Origin: Sandarakinorhabdus sp.
GTDB taxonomy: Bacteria; Pseudomonadota; Alphaproteobacteria; Sphingomonadales; Sphingomonadaceae
Direction of reading: 5' to 3'
NCBI RefSeq assembly: GCF_032115815.1
Contig: NZ_JAUMBI010000032.1
Span: forward strand, 1-62,641
DNA length: 62,641 nucleotides
Part shown: positions 1-9,314 of the stretch, in pieces
Numbering within the stretch: position 1 is the first letter of the stretch
Layout of the letters: the number at the start of each line of letters is the position of its first letter
The notes under the pieces: model-generated
What the model was told of the DNA's origin: nothing
What the model saw: only the letters and a program-made list of their open reading frames with translations
Databases searched by the model: none
Translations under genes and position numbers: made by a program

Positions 1-1532
1 TACCTCAACGCCTCATCATACCAGGCCGCCACATCGTCCCGCATCTTGGCGAGTTCGCTTTCCGCCAGATAGATCATGTGACCCGACTGGTAATAGGTGA
101 ACTTGATGTTCTTGTTCAGTTCGGCCGGCAGCAACATGTGGCTGGCGTCGAATTCGGCGCCATAGAAGGGCGTCGCCATGTCGTAATAGCCGTTCAGGAA
201 CAGCACCTTCAGCTTCGGATTGGCACGCATTGTGTAGGCGAGATCGACAGCCGTGTTGGGCGTTGTCTGGCTCTGCCCACGCGGCGGGCGGTGGTTCCAG
301 TCCCAGCTCCAGCCCGGTTCGCGCGCCGAAAGCTTGTAGGGCAGTTCGGTTTTCACGCCGAGGGTCTTCACCGCATAATCGTGGAAGGCGGAGACATAGG
401 CGCCAGTGATGGCGGTGGAGGCCGGGTCTTCATCCGGCTGCGCGGCGTTGGCGTTTGTGGGCAGCAGCGTGTAGCGCGCGTCGAGGCGGCCGATGGAGAG
501 ACCACGCGTGCGCAGCAGTTCGGTCTGGAACAGGGCCAGGTCCACGCGCAGGTTGGCGCGCTTGAGGAAGTCCACCGAAAGCCCGGTATAGGCGTTCATC
601 TGGCGGGCAACGGCGTCCTTTTCGGCGTCCGAGATTCTGCTGCCCTTGGCCAGTGCGGCGGCATAGGGGCCGCTGACGAAGCCGCGCACGTCGTTCACGA
701 ACGCATCGAGATCGGCCGGCTTCTGGCCAGGCAGCGTGCCGTGATACCAGGCGGTGGCGGCATAGCCGGGGAACAGCACCTGGTAATTCTGGTCATAACC
801 GGGCTGGCGCACGCCGTAGTTCATGATGGTGGAGAGCAGCGCGACACCGTGCAGCGACATGCCGCGTTGTTCCAGGAGGGCGACGACCGCGCCGGAACGC
901 AGCGTGCCGTAGGATTCACCCAGGATGAATTTCGGCGATTTCCAGCGGTTGTTCTTGGCCACGTAACGCATGATGGCGCGGGCAAAGGCATCGGCATCCT
1001 GATCGACGCCGTTGAAATCCTTGCCGGTCTTGTCGCCCAAAGGCCGCGACCAGCCGGCGCCCATGGCATCGATGAAGACGATATCGGTCTTGTCGAGCAG
1101 GCTCCACGGGTTCTGGGTCACGCTGTACTGATCGGGCGTCACATAGACCGGCTTGTCGGTCTTCACACGCACCGGGCCAAAGCTGCCCATGTGCAGCCAG
1201 ATCGTCGCCGAACCCGGGCCGCCGTTGTAGAAGAAGGTGACGGGGCGGTTCGCTTCGCCGGTGGTGTAGGCGGTGTAGAACAGGCTGCCGGTGGGCCGGG
1301 CGTTGTCGTCACGGATGGTGAGCGTGCCGGCGGTGGCGGTATAGGCGACGGCCTTGCCCTTGATGCTCACGCTGCCCTTGGACACGGAGGCTTGTTCCTC
1401 GACCGGCGCGCGGGCGGTGGCGGCATCGGCTTCGGCGATCATGGCGTCACGCGGCGTCTGGCGCTTTTCCTGGGCGAGGGCGGGATGGGCAACGGCCAGC
1501 AGCAGGCCGGCGATCAGCAACTTGTTCAACAT
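1..1532 (-). CDS. S10 family serine carboxypeptidase, secreted (stop codon clipped by window edge)
   Basis: Read manually on the minus strand; not in the ORF track. ATG at 1532 with GGGGAG RBS, signal peptide MLNKLLIAGLLLAVAHPALA, motifs FFYNGGPGS, FILGESYG (catalytic Ser) and YYQSGHMIY (catalytic His). Ends ...DEALR followed by TA at positions 2-1. Confidence 0.9.
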   Translation of the reverse strand, partial: MLNKLLIAGLLLAVAHPALAQEKRQTPRDAMIAEADAATARAPVEEQASVSKGSVSIKGKAVAYTATAGTLTIRDDNARPTGSLFYTAYTTGEANRPVTFFYNGGPGSATIWLHMGSFGPVRVKTDKPVYVTPDQYSVTQNPWSLLDKTDIVFIDAMGAGWSRPLGDKTGKDFNGVDQDADAFARAIMRYVAKNNRWKSPKFILGESYGTLRSGAVVALLEQRGMSLHGVALLSTIMNYGVRQPGYDQNYQVLFPGYAATAWYHGTLPGQKPADLDAFVNDVRGFVSGPYAAALAKGSRISDAEKDAVARQMNAYTGLSVDFLKRANLRVDLALFQTELLRTRGLSIGRLDARYTLLPTNANAAQPDEDPASTAITGAYVSAFHDYAVKTLGVKTELPYKLSAREPGWSWDWNHRPPRGQSQTTPNTAVDLAYTMRANPKLKVLFLNGYYDMATPFYGAEFDASHMLLPAELNKNIKFTYYQSGHMIYLAESELAKMRDDVAAWYDEALR

Positions 1533-1614
1533 CAATCTCCCCTGAAATCCAGTGGCGCGGTGATGGCATGTCTTGGGTTCGCGCTCAATTCCGGCACGAC
1601 TGTTTTTATCCCCG

Positions 1615-1707
1615 CCGTCACCCCGGCGAAAGCCGGGGCCCATCGCCTGCACGAGCTACCAGGCAAGACGGTCGGGAGATGGGTCCCGGCTTTCGCCGGG
1701 ATGACGG
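1615..1707. repeat. REP/REPIN-like inverted repeat pair (family A)
   Basis: Arm ccgtcaccccggcgaaagccggggcccatc (1615-1644) and its reverse complement at 1678-1707 match at 28/30 positions; each arm has an internal CCCGGC-GAAA-GCCGGG hairpin. Confidence 0.85.
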
Positions 1708-1720
1708 GGTTGGTGGCTGA

Positions 1721-3940
1721 TCACTTCCTGCCCCGCCGCACCCCCGGCGGGACACGTGACTTGCCAGGCCGGGGCGTGAACCCACGTGGCCGCGTCCGAT
1801 CCCGGCGCGGACCGCTGCTGCTGCCGCCCTCTGGCAACTCAAAACGCAGCGATCCGGTGATCGGGCTGGCTTCGGCGAGGCGCAGTTCCATGCGCTGACC
1901 GACGGCATAGCGCGTGCCGGTTTGGATGCCTTCCAGGATGCGCGCGTCTTCATCGAACACGAAGCGTTCTTCACCCAGCGTGGAGACCGGCACCAGCCCG
2001 TCGCCGCCCAGCCCATCGACTGTGGCGAAGAAGCCGAACTTGGCCACGCCGGTGATGCGCGTCTGCACGATCTCGCCGACCTTGGTCGACAGGAACGCCG
2101 CGACATAGCGATCGATGGTGTCGCGTTCGGCTTCCATGGCGCGGCGTTCGGTCATGCTGATGTGATCAGCGGTCTTGGTCAGCCCCTTTTCCTCTTCCTT
2201 GTGCAGCGCGCCGTCGCCGAGCCGATAGGCCGCGACCAGGCTGCGATGCACCACCAGATCGGCATAGCGGCGGATCGGCGAGGTGAAGTGGGCATAACTG
2301 CCCAGGCTCAACCCGAAGTGGCCGACGTTGGCCGGCGAATAATAGGCCTGGGTCTGCGTGCGCAGCACCTGCTCGGTCACCTGCTCATAGTTTTCGCCGT
2401 CCTTGGCGCGGGCGAGGATGCGATTGAACACCGCCGGCTTGGCCACCTGGCCCAGCGCGATATTCTGCCCCAGCGTTTCGAGATAATCCCGCAGCGCGAC
2501 GATCTTTTCGCGGCTCGGTGCCTCGTGGCAGCGGAAGATGCAGCCGGCTTTCTTCTTCTCCAGCGCCTTGGCCGCAGCGACGTTGGCGGCGATCATGTAA
2601 TCTTCGATCACGCGGTGCGCGGTCAGATGCTCGCGGATCGAGATGCCGGCAATGCGCCCGGCCTCATCCAGCACCACGCGTTTCTCGGGCAGTTCCAGAT
2701 CGAGCGGTTCGCGGTCGGCGCGCGCCTTGGCCAACGCACCCCATGCGGCCCACAACGGTTGCAGCACATGCAGCCACTCGCCCTTGGCGGCATCCATCGT
2801 CGCCTGCGCTTCCTCATAGGCGATGTTGGTGACGCAGCGGATGGCGGCGCGGGTGAAGCGCCAATCGAGCAACTTGCCTTCGGGATCGATGTGCAGATGG
2901 CAGGCCAGCACGGCGCGGTCTTCATTCTCCACCAGGCTGCACACGTGCGCCGACAGCACTTCGGGCAGCATCGGCACGACGCGATCAGGGAAATAGACGC
3001 TGTTGCCGCGGCTGCGCGCCGAACGGTCGAGCGCGGTGCCGGGGCGCACGTAAAAGCTCACATCGGCAATGGCGACGATGGCGCGGAAATGGCCCGGCTT
3101 TTCGTCATCCGGCGCCGCCCACACCGCATCATCATGATCGCGCGCGTCGGCGGGATCGATGGTGAGGAACGGCAGCGCGCGCAGATCCTCCCGATCGCCA
3201 AGTGATTGCCGGGCCATGCGCTCGGCTTCATCGAGCGTCGATTCGTCAAAGCGGTTGGGGATGCCCTTGGCGTGAATGGCGATCAGGCTGAACGATTTGG
3301 GCTGGAACGGATCGCCCAGCACTTCGACAACGCGGCCATATTGGCGCGGCGGGCGGCCCGATGGCTCGGCCAGTACCAGATCGCCAGGCTGGCCGTCGCC
3401 AGGATCGTTGATCGCCAGATCGGTGCGCGCCTTCTTGTCCACCGGCACCAGCCGCCAGCCCAACGCTTCCTTGCGCAAGATGCCGAGCACAAACTCTTCG
3501 GATTTCGCCAGCGCCTTCATCGGGAACGCCAGCAGCCCGCCGCCCTGTTCCTCGATCCGCGCCAGCAGCCGATCACCCAGACCAAACGCGCCGCGGCGGC
3601 GCGGCTCGATCACCCGCAGGCGCGGCGGCGGGGTGGCGTGTTCCCATCTGTCGGGCACGGCAATCGCCACGCCATCGGCAACATCACAGATGCGGATCAC
3701 CGTCACCTTGGGCAGGCCGCCGCCCTTGTGCAGGTTGCGGCCGGGGCCGGTTTCCAGTTCGCCGGCCTCCATCATCTCCTTCAGCAGGGCTTTCAGCGCG
3801 ATCTTGTCCTGAGCGTGCAGGCCGAACGCCTTGGCGATCTCGCGCTTGCCCACGCTGGTTTTCTGGGTGGCGATGAAATCCAATATGGCTTGCCGATCAG
3901 GCAGGCCGGGATGCGGGTTGTTGCGGGGGGTGCGCGGCAT
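1721..3940 (-). CDS. rnr: Ribonuclease R
   Basis: RNB motif TIDPADARDHDDA, HFTSPIRRYADL, C-terminal S1 domain and basic tail; start trimmed to MPRTP. Confidence 0.95.
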   Translation of the reverse strand: MPRTPRNNPHPGLPDRQAILDFIATQKTSVGKREIAKAFGLHAQDKIALKALLKEMMEAGELETGPGRNLHKGGGLPKVTVIRICDVADGVAIAVPDRWEHATPPPRLRVIEPRRRGAFGLGDRLLARIEEQGGGLLAFPMKALAKSEEFVLGILRKEALGWRLVPVDKKARTDLAINDPGDGQPGDLVLAEPSGRPPRQYGRVVEVLGDPFQPKSFSLIAIHAKGIPNRFDESTLDEAERMARQSLGDREDLRALPFLTIDPADARDHDDAVWAAPDDEKPGHFRAIVAIADVSFYVRPGTALDRSARSRGNSVYFPDRVVPMLPEVLSAHVCSLVENEDRAVLACHLHIDPEGKLLDWRFTRAAIRCVTNIAYEEAQATMDAAKGEWLHVLQPLWAAWGALAKARADREPLDLELPEKRVVLDEAGRIAGISIREHLTAHRVIEDYMIAANVAAAKALEKKKAGCIFRCHEAPSREKIVALRDYLETLGQNIALGQVAKPAVFNRILARAKDGENYEQVTEQVLRTQTQAYYSPANVGHFGLSLGSYAHFTSPIRRYADLVVHRSLVAAYRLGDGALHKEEEKGLTKTADHISMTERRAMEAERDTIDRYVAAFLSTKVGEIVQTRITGVAKFGFFATVDGLGGDGLVPVSTLGEERFVFDEDARILEGIQTGTRYAVGQRMELRLAEASPITGSLRFELPEGGSSSGPRRDRTRPRGFTPRPGKSRVPPGVRRGRK

Positions 3941-3986
3941 GGGATTACCATGGGCGTTTGGGGCAGGTGGGGCAAGTGCGCCCCCA

Positions 3987-4006
3987 CCCTTCCGCTTGCG
4001 GAAGGG
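3987..4006. repeat. Short REP-like palindrome (family C)
   Basis: CCCTTCCGC-TT-GCGGAAGGG; related copy at 21093-21116. Confidence 0.6.
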
Positions 4007-4055
4007 ACAATCCATCCCATTGTGCGGAAACCCGACGCGGCCCATATGCGTCCCC

Positions 4056-5891
4056 ATGCAATCCATGGCCGCTCCGTCCGGCCCGCCGCAGGGTGAGGCC
4101 GACTTCAAGACGCTGAAGCGTTTCCTGCCCTATCTGTGGCCGGCCGATCGCTCCGATCTGAAACTGCGCGTGGTCGGCGCGCTGTGCCTGGTGCTGCTGG
4201 CCAAAAGCGTCATGCTGGCCATGCCCTACACGCTGAAGCTGGCGCTGGATGCGATGTCCGCCAATCTGTCGGGCGGCGCCGGTGTGGCGATGGCGCTGGT
4301 CGCCTCCTATGCGCTCGCCCGCTTCGGCGGCGTGCTGTTCGACAATTTCCGCAACGCCCTGTTCGAAAAGGTTGGCCAGGAAGCCGCGCGGCACCTCAGC
4401 CTCGATGTGTTCAGCCACATCCACCGGCTTTCGCTACGCTTCCACCTCGAACGCCGCACCGGCGCCCTCACCCGCCTGATCGAACGCGGCACCAAGAGCA
4501 TCGACACGATGCTTTATTTCCTGCTGTTCAACATCTTCCCCACCGTGATCGAACTCACCGCCGTCTGCATCCTGTTCGGGCGCGGGTTTGGCTGGGAACT
4601 GGTGCTGGCCACGCTGGGAACCGTGGCGGCCTATATCGTCTACACCCAGCGCATCACCGATTGGCGCGCCAATCTGCGCCGCCAGATGGTGGAAAGCGAT
4701 CAGAAGGCGACCGCGCGGGCGGTGGACAGCCTGCTGAACTACGAAACGGTCAAATATTTCAACGCCGAAGCGCATGAGAACGCCAATTATGGCCACGCCA
4801 TCAAGCGCTACACCGATGCTGCCACCAAGTCCGAAGTCAGCCTGGCCTGGCTCAACATCGGGCAAAGCTTCATCACCAACGCCCTGATGGCCGGCGCATT
4901 GGTCTATGTCGTCTGGGGCTGGGATCAGGGCCGCTTCACCATCGGCGATATCGCCTTCGTCAACGGCTTGCTCATGCAGCTGTTCCGCCCGCTCGATCTG
5001 CTCGGCATGGTCTATCGCGAGATCCGCCAGGGCCTGATCGACATGGAAGCGATGTTCCGCCTGATCGATACCTCACCCGAAATCGCCGATGCGCCCGATG
5101 CGGTGCCGCTGCAGCTGGCCGGCGCCCGCATCACCTTCGAAGCGGTGCAATTCGGTTACGATCCGCGCCGGCAGATATTGCACGGAGTGAATTTCGACGT
5201 GTCGCCGGGCCGCAAGCTCGCCGTTATCGGGCATTCGGGCGCCGGCAAATCAACGCTCAGCCGCATCCTCTACCGCTTCTACGACATCCAGGGCGGCCGC
5301 GTGCTGATCGACGGGCAGGATATCGCCCATGTCACGCAAGACAGTCTGCGCCGCGCCATCGGCATCGTGCCGCAGGATACGGTGCTGTTCAACGACAGCA
5401 TCGGCTACAACATCGCTTATGGCCGGCCTGACGCCAGCGAGGCGGAAATCATCGCGGCAGCACGCGGCGCGGCCATCCACGATTTCATTCTCAGCCTGCC
5501 CGATGGCTACAAGACGCAGGTGGGCGAACGCGGGCTGAAACTGTCGGGCGGGGAAAAACAGCGCGTCGCCATCGCCCGCACCATCCTGAAAAACCCGGCG
5601 ATCCTGATCCTCGATGAAGCCACCAGCGCGCTCGATTCGGCGACAGAAGCCAGTATCCAGGAGGCGCTGGGCGGCGTTTCCGCCGGGCGCACCACCATTG
5701 TCATCGCCCACCGCCTTTCCACCATCACCGATGCTGATGAAATCATCGTGATGGACGCCGGCCGCATCATCGAACGCGGCCGCCACGACGAGCTGCTGGC
5801 CCGCGCCGGCGCCTATGCCGAGATGTGGGCGCTGCAACAGGCCGAGGAAGACTCCCCCACAGACGACCGGGCCGAACCTGCCACGGCCTGA
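4056..5891 (+). CDS. atm1: ATM1/ABCB7-type ABC exporter (fused permease and ATPase)
   Basis: LSLRFHLERRTG, AVDSLLNYETVKYFN, Walker A GHSGAGKST, signature LSGGEKQR, Walker B ILDEATS; start trimmed to MQSMAAP. Confidence 0.9.
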   Translation: MQSMAAPSGPPQGEADFKTLKRFLPYLWPADRSDLKLRVVGALCLVLLAKSVMLAMPYTLKLALDAMSANLSGGAGVAMALVASYALARFGGVLFDNFRNALFEKVGQEAARHLSLDVFSHIHRLSLRFHLERRTGALTRLIERGTKSIDTMLYFLLFNIFPTVIELTAVCILFGRGFGWELVLATLGTVAAYIVYTQRITDWRANLRRQMVESDQKATARAVDSLLNYETVKYFNAEAHENANYGHAIKRYTDAATKSEVSLAWLNIGQSFITNALMAGALVYVVWGWDQGRFTIGDIAFVNGLLMQLFRPLDLLGMVYREIRQGLIDMEAMFRLIDTSPEIADAPDAVPLQLAGARITFEAVQFGYDPRRQILHGVNFDVSPGRKLAVIGHSGAGKSTLSRILYRFYDIQGGRVLIDGQDIAHVTQDSLRRAIGIVPQDTVLFNDSIGYNIAYGRPDASEAEIIAAARGAAIHDFILSLPDGYKTQVGERGLKLSGGEKQRVAIARTILKNPAILILDEATSALDSATEASIQEALGGVSAGRTTIVIAHRLSTITDADEIIVMDAGRIIERGRHDELLARAGAYAEMWALQQAEEDSPTDDRAEPATA

Positions 5892-6025
5892 ACCAACACG
5901 CTGAGATTGCGCGCAAACTCCATCGCTCCATCGAACAAGCTGCCCCCCGGCGTGGCGGCCAGTGCAGTCGCGTCGGTCAACCTTGCCGCAGGCGCTGGCC
6001 GACATGAAATTTTCGTTGCAAATGC

Positions 6026-6061
6026 GTAAATCTCTTAATAGTAAATTTACCTAGTATTTAC
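6026..6061 (+). promoter_or_regulatory. AT-rich operator-like region with a CtrA-like site
   Basis: TTAA-N7-TTTAC at 6035-6050 (one mismatch to TTAA-N7-TTAAC); repeated GTAAAT/ATTTAC half-sites. Confidence 0.35.
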
Positions 6062-6079
6062 TGTTAGAGGGGCAATTCG

Positions 6080-7237
6080 ATGCGTAATGTAACAAAAATG
6101 CTGCTGGTAACAACGGCGACCGCGATGGCCATTCCGGCCTTCGCCGCGCCAAGGACCCAGTCGGGCAGCTTTGGTGACCTCGCCTGGGAGGCGACCAGCA
6201 AGATCGTTGGCGTGACGTCAACCGCAACCGCGGTTGCCGGTGGCGACTCGCGCTATTTTGCGACTGCGCCGAAGTATAGCGGCACCGTGGCGCTGCTGAT
6301 GGATTACGGCGGCGGCCAGGTCTTCATCTGCTCCGGCTCGCTGATGTCGGATCGCGTGTCGATCCTCACGGCGGCCCACTGCGTGTCCGATGGCGCCGGC
6401 ACGGCCGGTCCGCTCAGCACCCGCGCCTTCTTCTACGGCGGCCCGGGTGGCCAGAGCGCCGATCCGGATTTCCTGCCGACGCTGAACGGTGTTACCCGCA
6501 ACGTCAGCGGCACGATCGTGAACAGCGCCTACACCGGCTTCGTGATCGATCAGAACGACATCGCCGTGCTGCGCCTTAATCGCGCCGCACCGTCGTGGGC
6601 CACTAGCTATGAACTGTCGGATCTGACCGATCTGACCGGGCAGGACTTCAACGTCGCCGGTTACGGTGCCCGCTCCACCATCGGCGGCGACTTCGGCAAC
6701 AACGCCGGCACCGGTCGCCTGCGCCAGGGTGACAACAACATGGCCTGGCGCGTGGGTGATGCGGTCTTTGACGGCCGCGGGTACAACATCTTCGGGCCGC
6801 AATCGCGCACCGAATTTTCCTACCTAGCCGATTTCGACAATGGCCTGGCCGCCAACGATGCAAGCTGCCGCTTGGCCAGCGCGGGCAACTTCACTGGCCT
6901 CGGCATCGCCGGCACCGCCAAGTTCTGCAATCTGGGCCGTGGCGCCAGTGAAGTGGCCGTTGCCGGTGGCGATTCGGGCGGTCCGCAGTTCGATCAGTTC
7001 GGCCGCATCATGTCGGTGACCAGCTATGGGATCAGCTTCGGCACCGCTTTCGGTGACATCCGCGGTGGCCTCAACAGCAGCTTCGGCGAATTCAGCGGCT
7101 ATGTGCCGGTGTATATCCACAAGGATTTCATCGCCGGCGCCATGGCCGTGCCGGAACCGTCGAGCTGGGCGATGCTGATCGCCGGCTTTGGCCTGGTGGG
7201 CGCCACCGCCCGCCGTCGCCGCGCCATCACGGCCTAA
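6080..7237 (+). CDS. Trypsin-like (S1) serine protease with PEPxxWA-CTERM sorting signal
   Basis: Signal peptide, triad motifs LTAAHC / NDIAVL / GDSGGP, C-terminus VPEPSSWAMLIAGFGLVGATARRRR. Confidence 0.92.
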   Translation: MRNVTKMLLVTTATAMAIPAFAAPRTQSGSFGDLAWEATSKIVGVTSTATAVAGGDSRYFATAPKYSGTVALLMDYGGGQVFICSGSLMSDRVSILTAAHCVSDGAGTAGPLSTRAFFYGGPGGQSADPDFLPTLNGVTRNVSGTIVNSAYTGFVIDQNDIAVLRLNRAAPSWATSYELSDLTDLTGQDFNVAGYGARSTIGGDFGNNAGTGRLRQGDNNMAWRVGDAVFDGRGYNIFGPQSRTEFSYLADFDNGLAANDASCRLASAGNFTGLGIAGTAKFCNLGRGASEVAVAGGDSGGPQFDQFGRIMSVTSYGISFGTAFGDIRGGLNSSFGEFSGYVPVYIHKDFIAGAMAVPEPSSWAMLIAGFGLVGATARRRRAITA

Positions 7238-7259
7238 TCAGCTCCAGCTGAAGAAAATC

Positions 7260-7292
7260 GGGGGCCGGCTCGCAAGAGCCGGCCCCCTTTTT
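7260..7292 (+). terminator. Intrinsic terminator, probably bidirectional
   Basis: GGGGGCCGGCTC-GCAA-GAGCCGGCCCCC followed by TTTTT, with an A-run upstream; lies between convergent genes. Confidence 0.9.
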
Positions 7293-7311
7293 CACGCAAC
7301 AAACGAAACGC

Positions 7312-7863
7312 TTACGGCAGCACGACCGCGTCAACCACGTGGATCACGCCGTTGGACTGCATCACATCGGCCACGCGCACGTGGCTCATGCCGCCCTTGG
7401 CATCGCGCAGCATGACAAGGTTGCCCATCATGGAGGCGGTCAGTTTGCCGCCCTGCACAGTGGTCAGCTCGGCCTTGCCGCCGCCGGCCTTGATGGCACC
7501 GACCACATCAGCGGCGGTGAACTTGCCCGGCACCACGTGATAGGTGAGCACGGCGGCGAGCGTGGCCTTGTTTTCCGGCTTCAGCAGATTTTCCACCGTG
7601 CCGGCCGGCAGCTTGGCAAAGGCGGCGTTGGTAGGAGCGAACACGGTGAACGGGCCCTTGCCCTTCAGCGTATCGACCAGGCCGGCAGCCTTCACGGCGG
7701 CCACCAGCGTGGTGTGATCAGCCGAGTTCACGGCATTATCGATGATGTCCTTGGTCGGCAGCATGGGGGCGCCGCCCACGATTGGCTGTGCGCTGGCCAT
7801 GGGGGCAAGGCCGGCCGCAGCAATGGCAAACAGCGCGGCGCGCAGGGCAGTGTTGGAACGCAT
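7312..7863 (-). CDS. Fasciclin (FAS1) domain protein, MPT70/Nex18-like
   Basis: Signal peptide; GPFTVFAPTNAAF, LTYHVVPG, SNGVIHVVDAV. Confidence 0.95.
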   Translation of the reverse strand: MRSNTALRAALFAIAAAGLAPMASAQPIVGGAPMLPTKDIIDNAVNSADHTTLVAAVKAAGLVDTLKGKGPFTVFAPTNAAFAKLPAGTVENLLKPENKATLAAVLTYHVVPGKFTAADVVGAIKAGGGKAELTTVQGGKLTASMMGNLVMLRDAKGGMSHVRVADVMQSNGVIHVVDAVVLP

Positions 7864-7915
7864 GAGATTCTCCATCTCGTTGATCAGGTGCCGCCGGGAT
7901 AGGCGGGCCCCTCAG

Positions 7916-7941
7916 TTACGCAAGATGGGTGGCAAGGCTGC
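7916..7941 (-). promoter_or_regulatory. Candidate ECF (SigK-type) promoter for the fasciclin gene
   Basis: Minus strand GCAGCC-N15-CGTAA about 50 nt upstream of the ATG; resemblance to ECF promoters judged by eye. Confidence 0.35.
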
Positions 7942-7977
7942 GCTTGCCAGTGCCGCTGCGACGAAATGGGCCAGCAA

Positions 7978-8739
7978 TCAGGCGGCTGACAATTTTCCCG
8001 TGGCGATCACTGGCCCGGTGGGCGCACCGGTGGGCGAACCGCCGGTGGGTTCGATCGAAATGGCCAGCACCGCCCCAGGTTTCAGCCCAGCCAGCCGGTC
8101 ACGCGGGATCGCCTGGCTGCGACCGGCAGCAATATCGATCACGCCCAGCGACCGCGGCGGATTCTTGCCTTCGATCACCCACAATTCCGGCACCTTGCCG
8201 CCGGTGGCCTGATCGCTGGCTGCAACCGGGGCAAAGCGCACCTGGCCGCTGGCCGGATCATAGGCGGCGGCAATCAGCGGTTTGCCATCGGCATCGGCCA
8301 ATGTGGCCACCAGCGCCGGACCCCCGGCCACCTCGGTCGGCACACCGGGCGCCACGGCGCCGGGTTGCACCAGAACGGCGACGGCCACCGCCGCCAGCAC
8401 CGGGCCACCGAACGCCAGCCCCCGCCACAGGCCGACACTGTTCCACCAGCCGCCGGACATCGCCGGCTGCGGCGCGGCACGGCGTGGCTGCGGCTCAATC
8501 TCTGCCGCGATTCCAGCCCATACCGATGGCGGCGGGGCAATGCCCGGCGTCACATCATCCAGCGGCGCCAGCATCACCTGCCAGCGTTCAACCGCGGCAC
8601 GGAATTCGGGATCGCTCATCAGGCGCAGTTCGGCCGCCTTGCGCTCGGCGCGGCTGCCGCCACCCAGCGCATGGTCCATGGCCAGCGCTTCCAGTTCGGT
8701 CAGGCCATCAAGGCCGCTCGGTTGGGGCTGCTGGCTCAT
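7978..8739 (-). CDS. Anti-sigma factor, RskA family
   Basis: N-terminal anti-sigma domain, one TM segment, C-terminal ELWVI...LAISIEPTGGSPTGAPTGPVI. Confidence 0.92.
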   Translation of the reverse strand: MSQQPQPSGLDGLTELEALAMDHALGGGSRAERKAAELRLMSDPEFRAAVERWQVMLAPLDDVTPGIAPPPSVWAGIAAEIEPQPRRAAPQPAMSGGWWNSVGLWRGLAFGGPVLAAVAVAVLVQPGAVAPGVPTEVAGGPALVATLADADGKPLIAAAYDPASGQVRFAPVAASDQATGGKVPELWVIEGKNPPRSLGVIDIAAGRSQAIPRDRLAGLKPGAVLAISIEPTGGSPTGAPTGPVIATGKLSAA

Positions 8740-9314
8740 GCCTGGCTCCCTTCCAGCTGATCGCGCAGCCGGATCAGGCCGCGCCGCACCCAGCTTTTCA
8801 ACGTGCCCACCGGCACCTGTTCGCGCGCCGCCAGTTCATCATAGGTGACGCCATCAAAATAGCAGGCGCGGATGGCGGCGGCATGGCGCGGTTCCAGCGT
8901 TGCCAGGGCGGCCGCGATGCGCCGCGCATCCTGATCATGGATCAGCCCGGCATCGGCGGAGGGGCCGTCATCGGCCAGATCAAAGGCAGACTCCACCGGC
9001 GCATGGGCGCGTGGTGGGCGGGCACGCAGCCGATCGATGGCGCGGTTGCGCGCGATGGTGGCCGCCCAGGTGATCGGGCTGGCTTTCGCCGCATCAAAGG
9101 TCGCCGCCTTGCGCCACACGCTGAGATACACTTCCTGCAACACGTCTTCGGATTCCTGCCGTTCGACCAAGATACGCAGGATCACGCCGAAAAGTTTTGC
9201 ACTGGTGCGATCATAGAATGTCTGGAAGGCGGCGGCATCGCCATCGGCCACCCGCTGCAGCAACCTCGCCAGTTCAGCCCCACCAGCAGTAACTGCTTGA
9301 TTCGGGCGGTTCAT
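8736..9314 (-). CDS. ECF sigma-70 factor, SigK-like
   Basis: EDVLQEVYLSVW, WAATIARNRAIDRLR, region 4 VPVGTLKSWVRRGL; 4-nt overlap with the anti-sigma gene. Confidence 0.93.
   Translation of the reverse strand: MNRPNQAVTAGGAELARLLQRVADGDAAAFQTFYDRTSAKLFGVILRILVERQESEDVLQEVYLSVWRKAATFDAAKASPITWAATIARNRAIDRLRARPPRAHAPVESAFDLADDGPSADAGLIHDQDARRIAAALATLEPRHAAAIRACYFDGVTYDELAAREQVPVGTLKSWVRRGLIRLRDQLEGSQA

Noticed and set aside
78-1898. 606-aa plus-strand ORF
   Set aside because: Antisense shadow of the S10 peptidase; it runs through a REP element and has no recognisable motifs.
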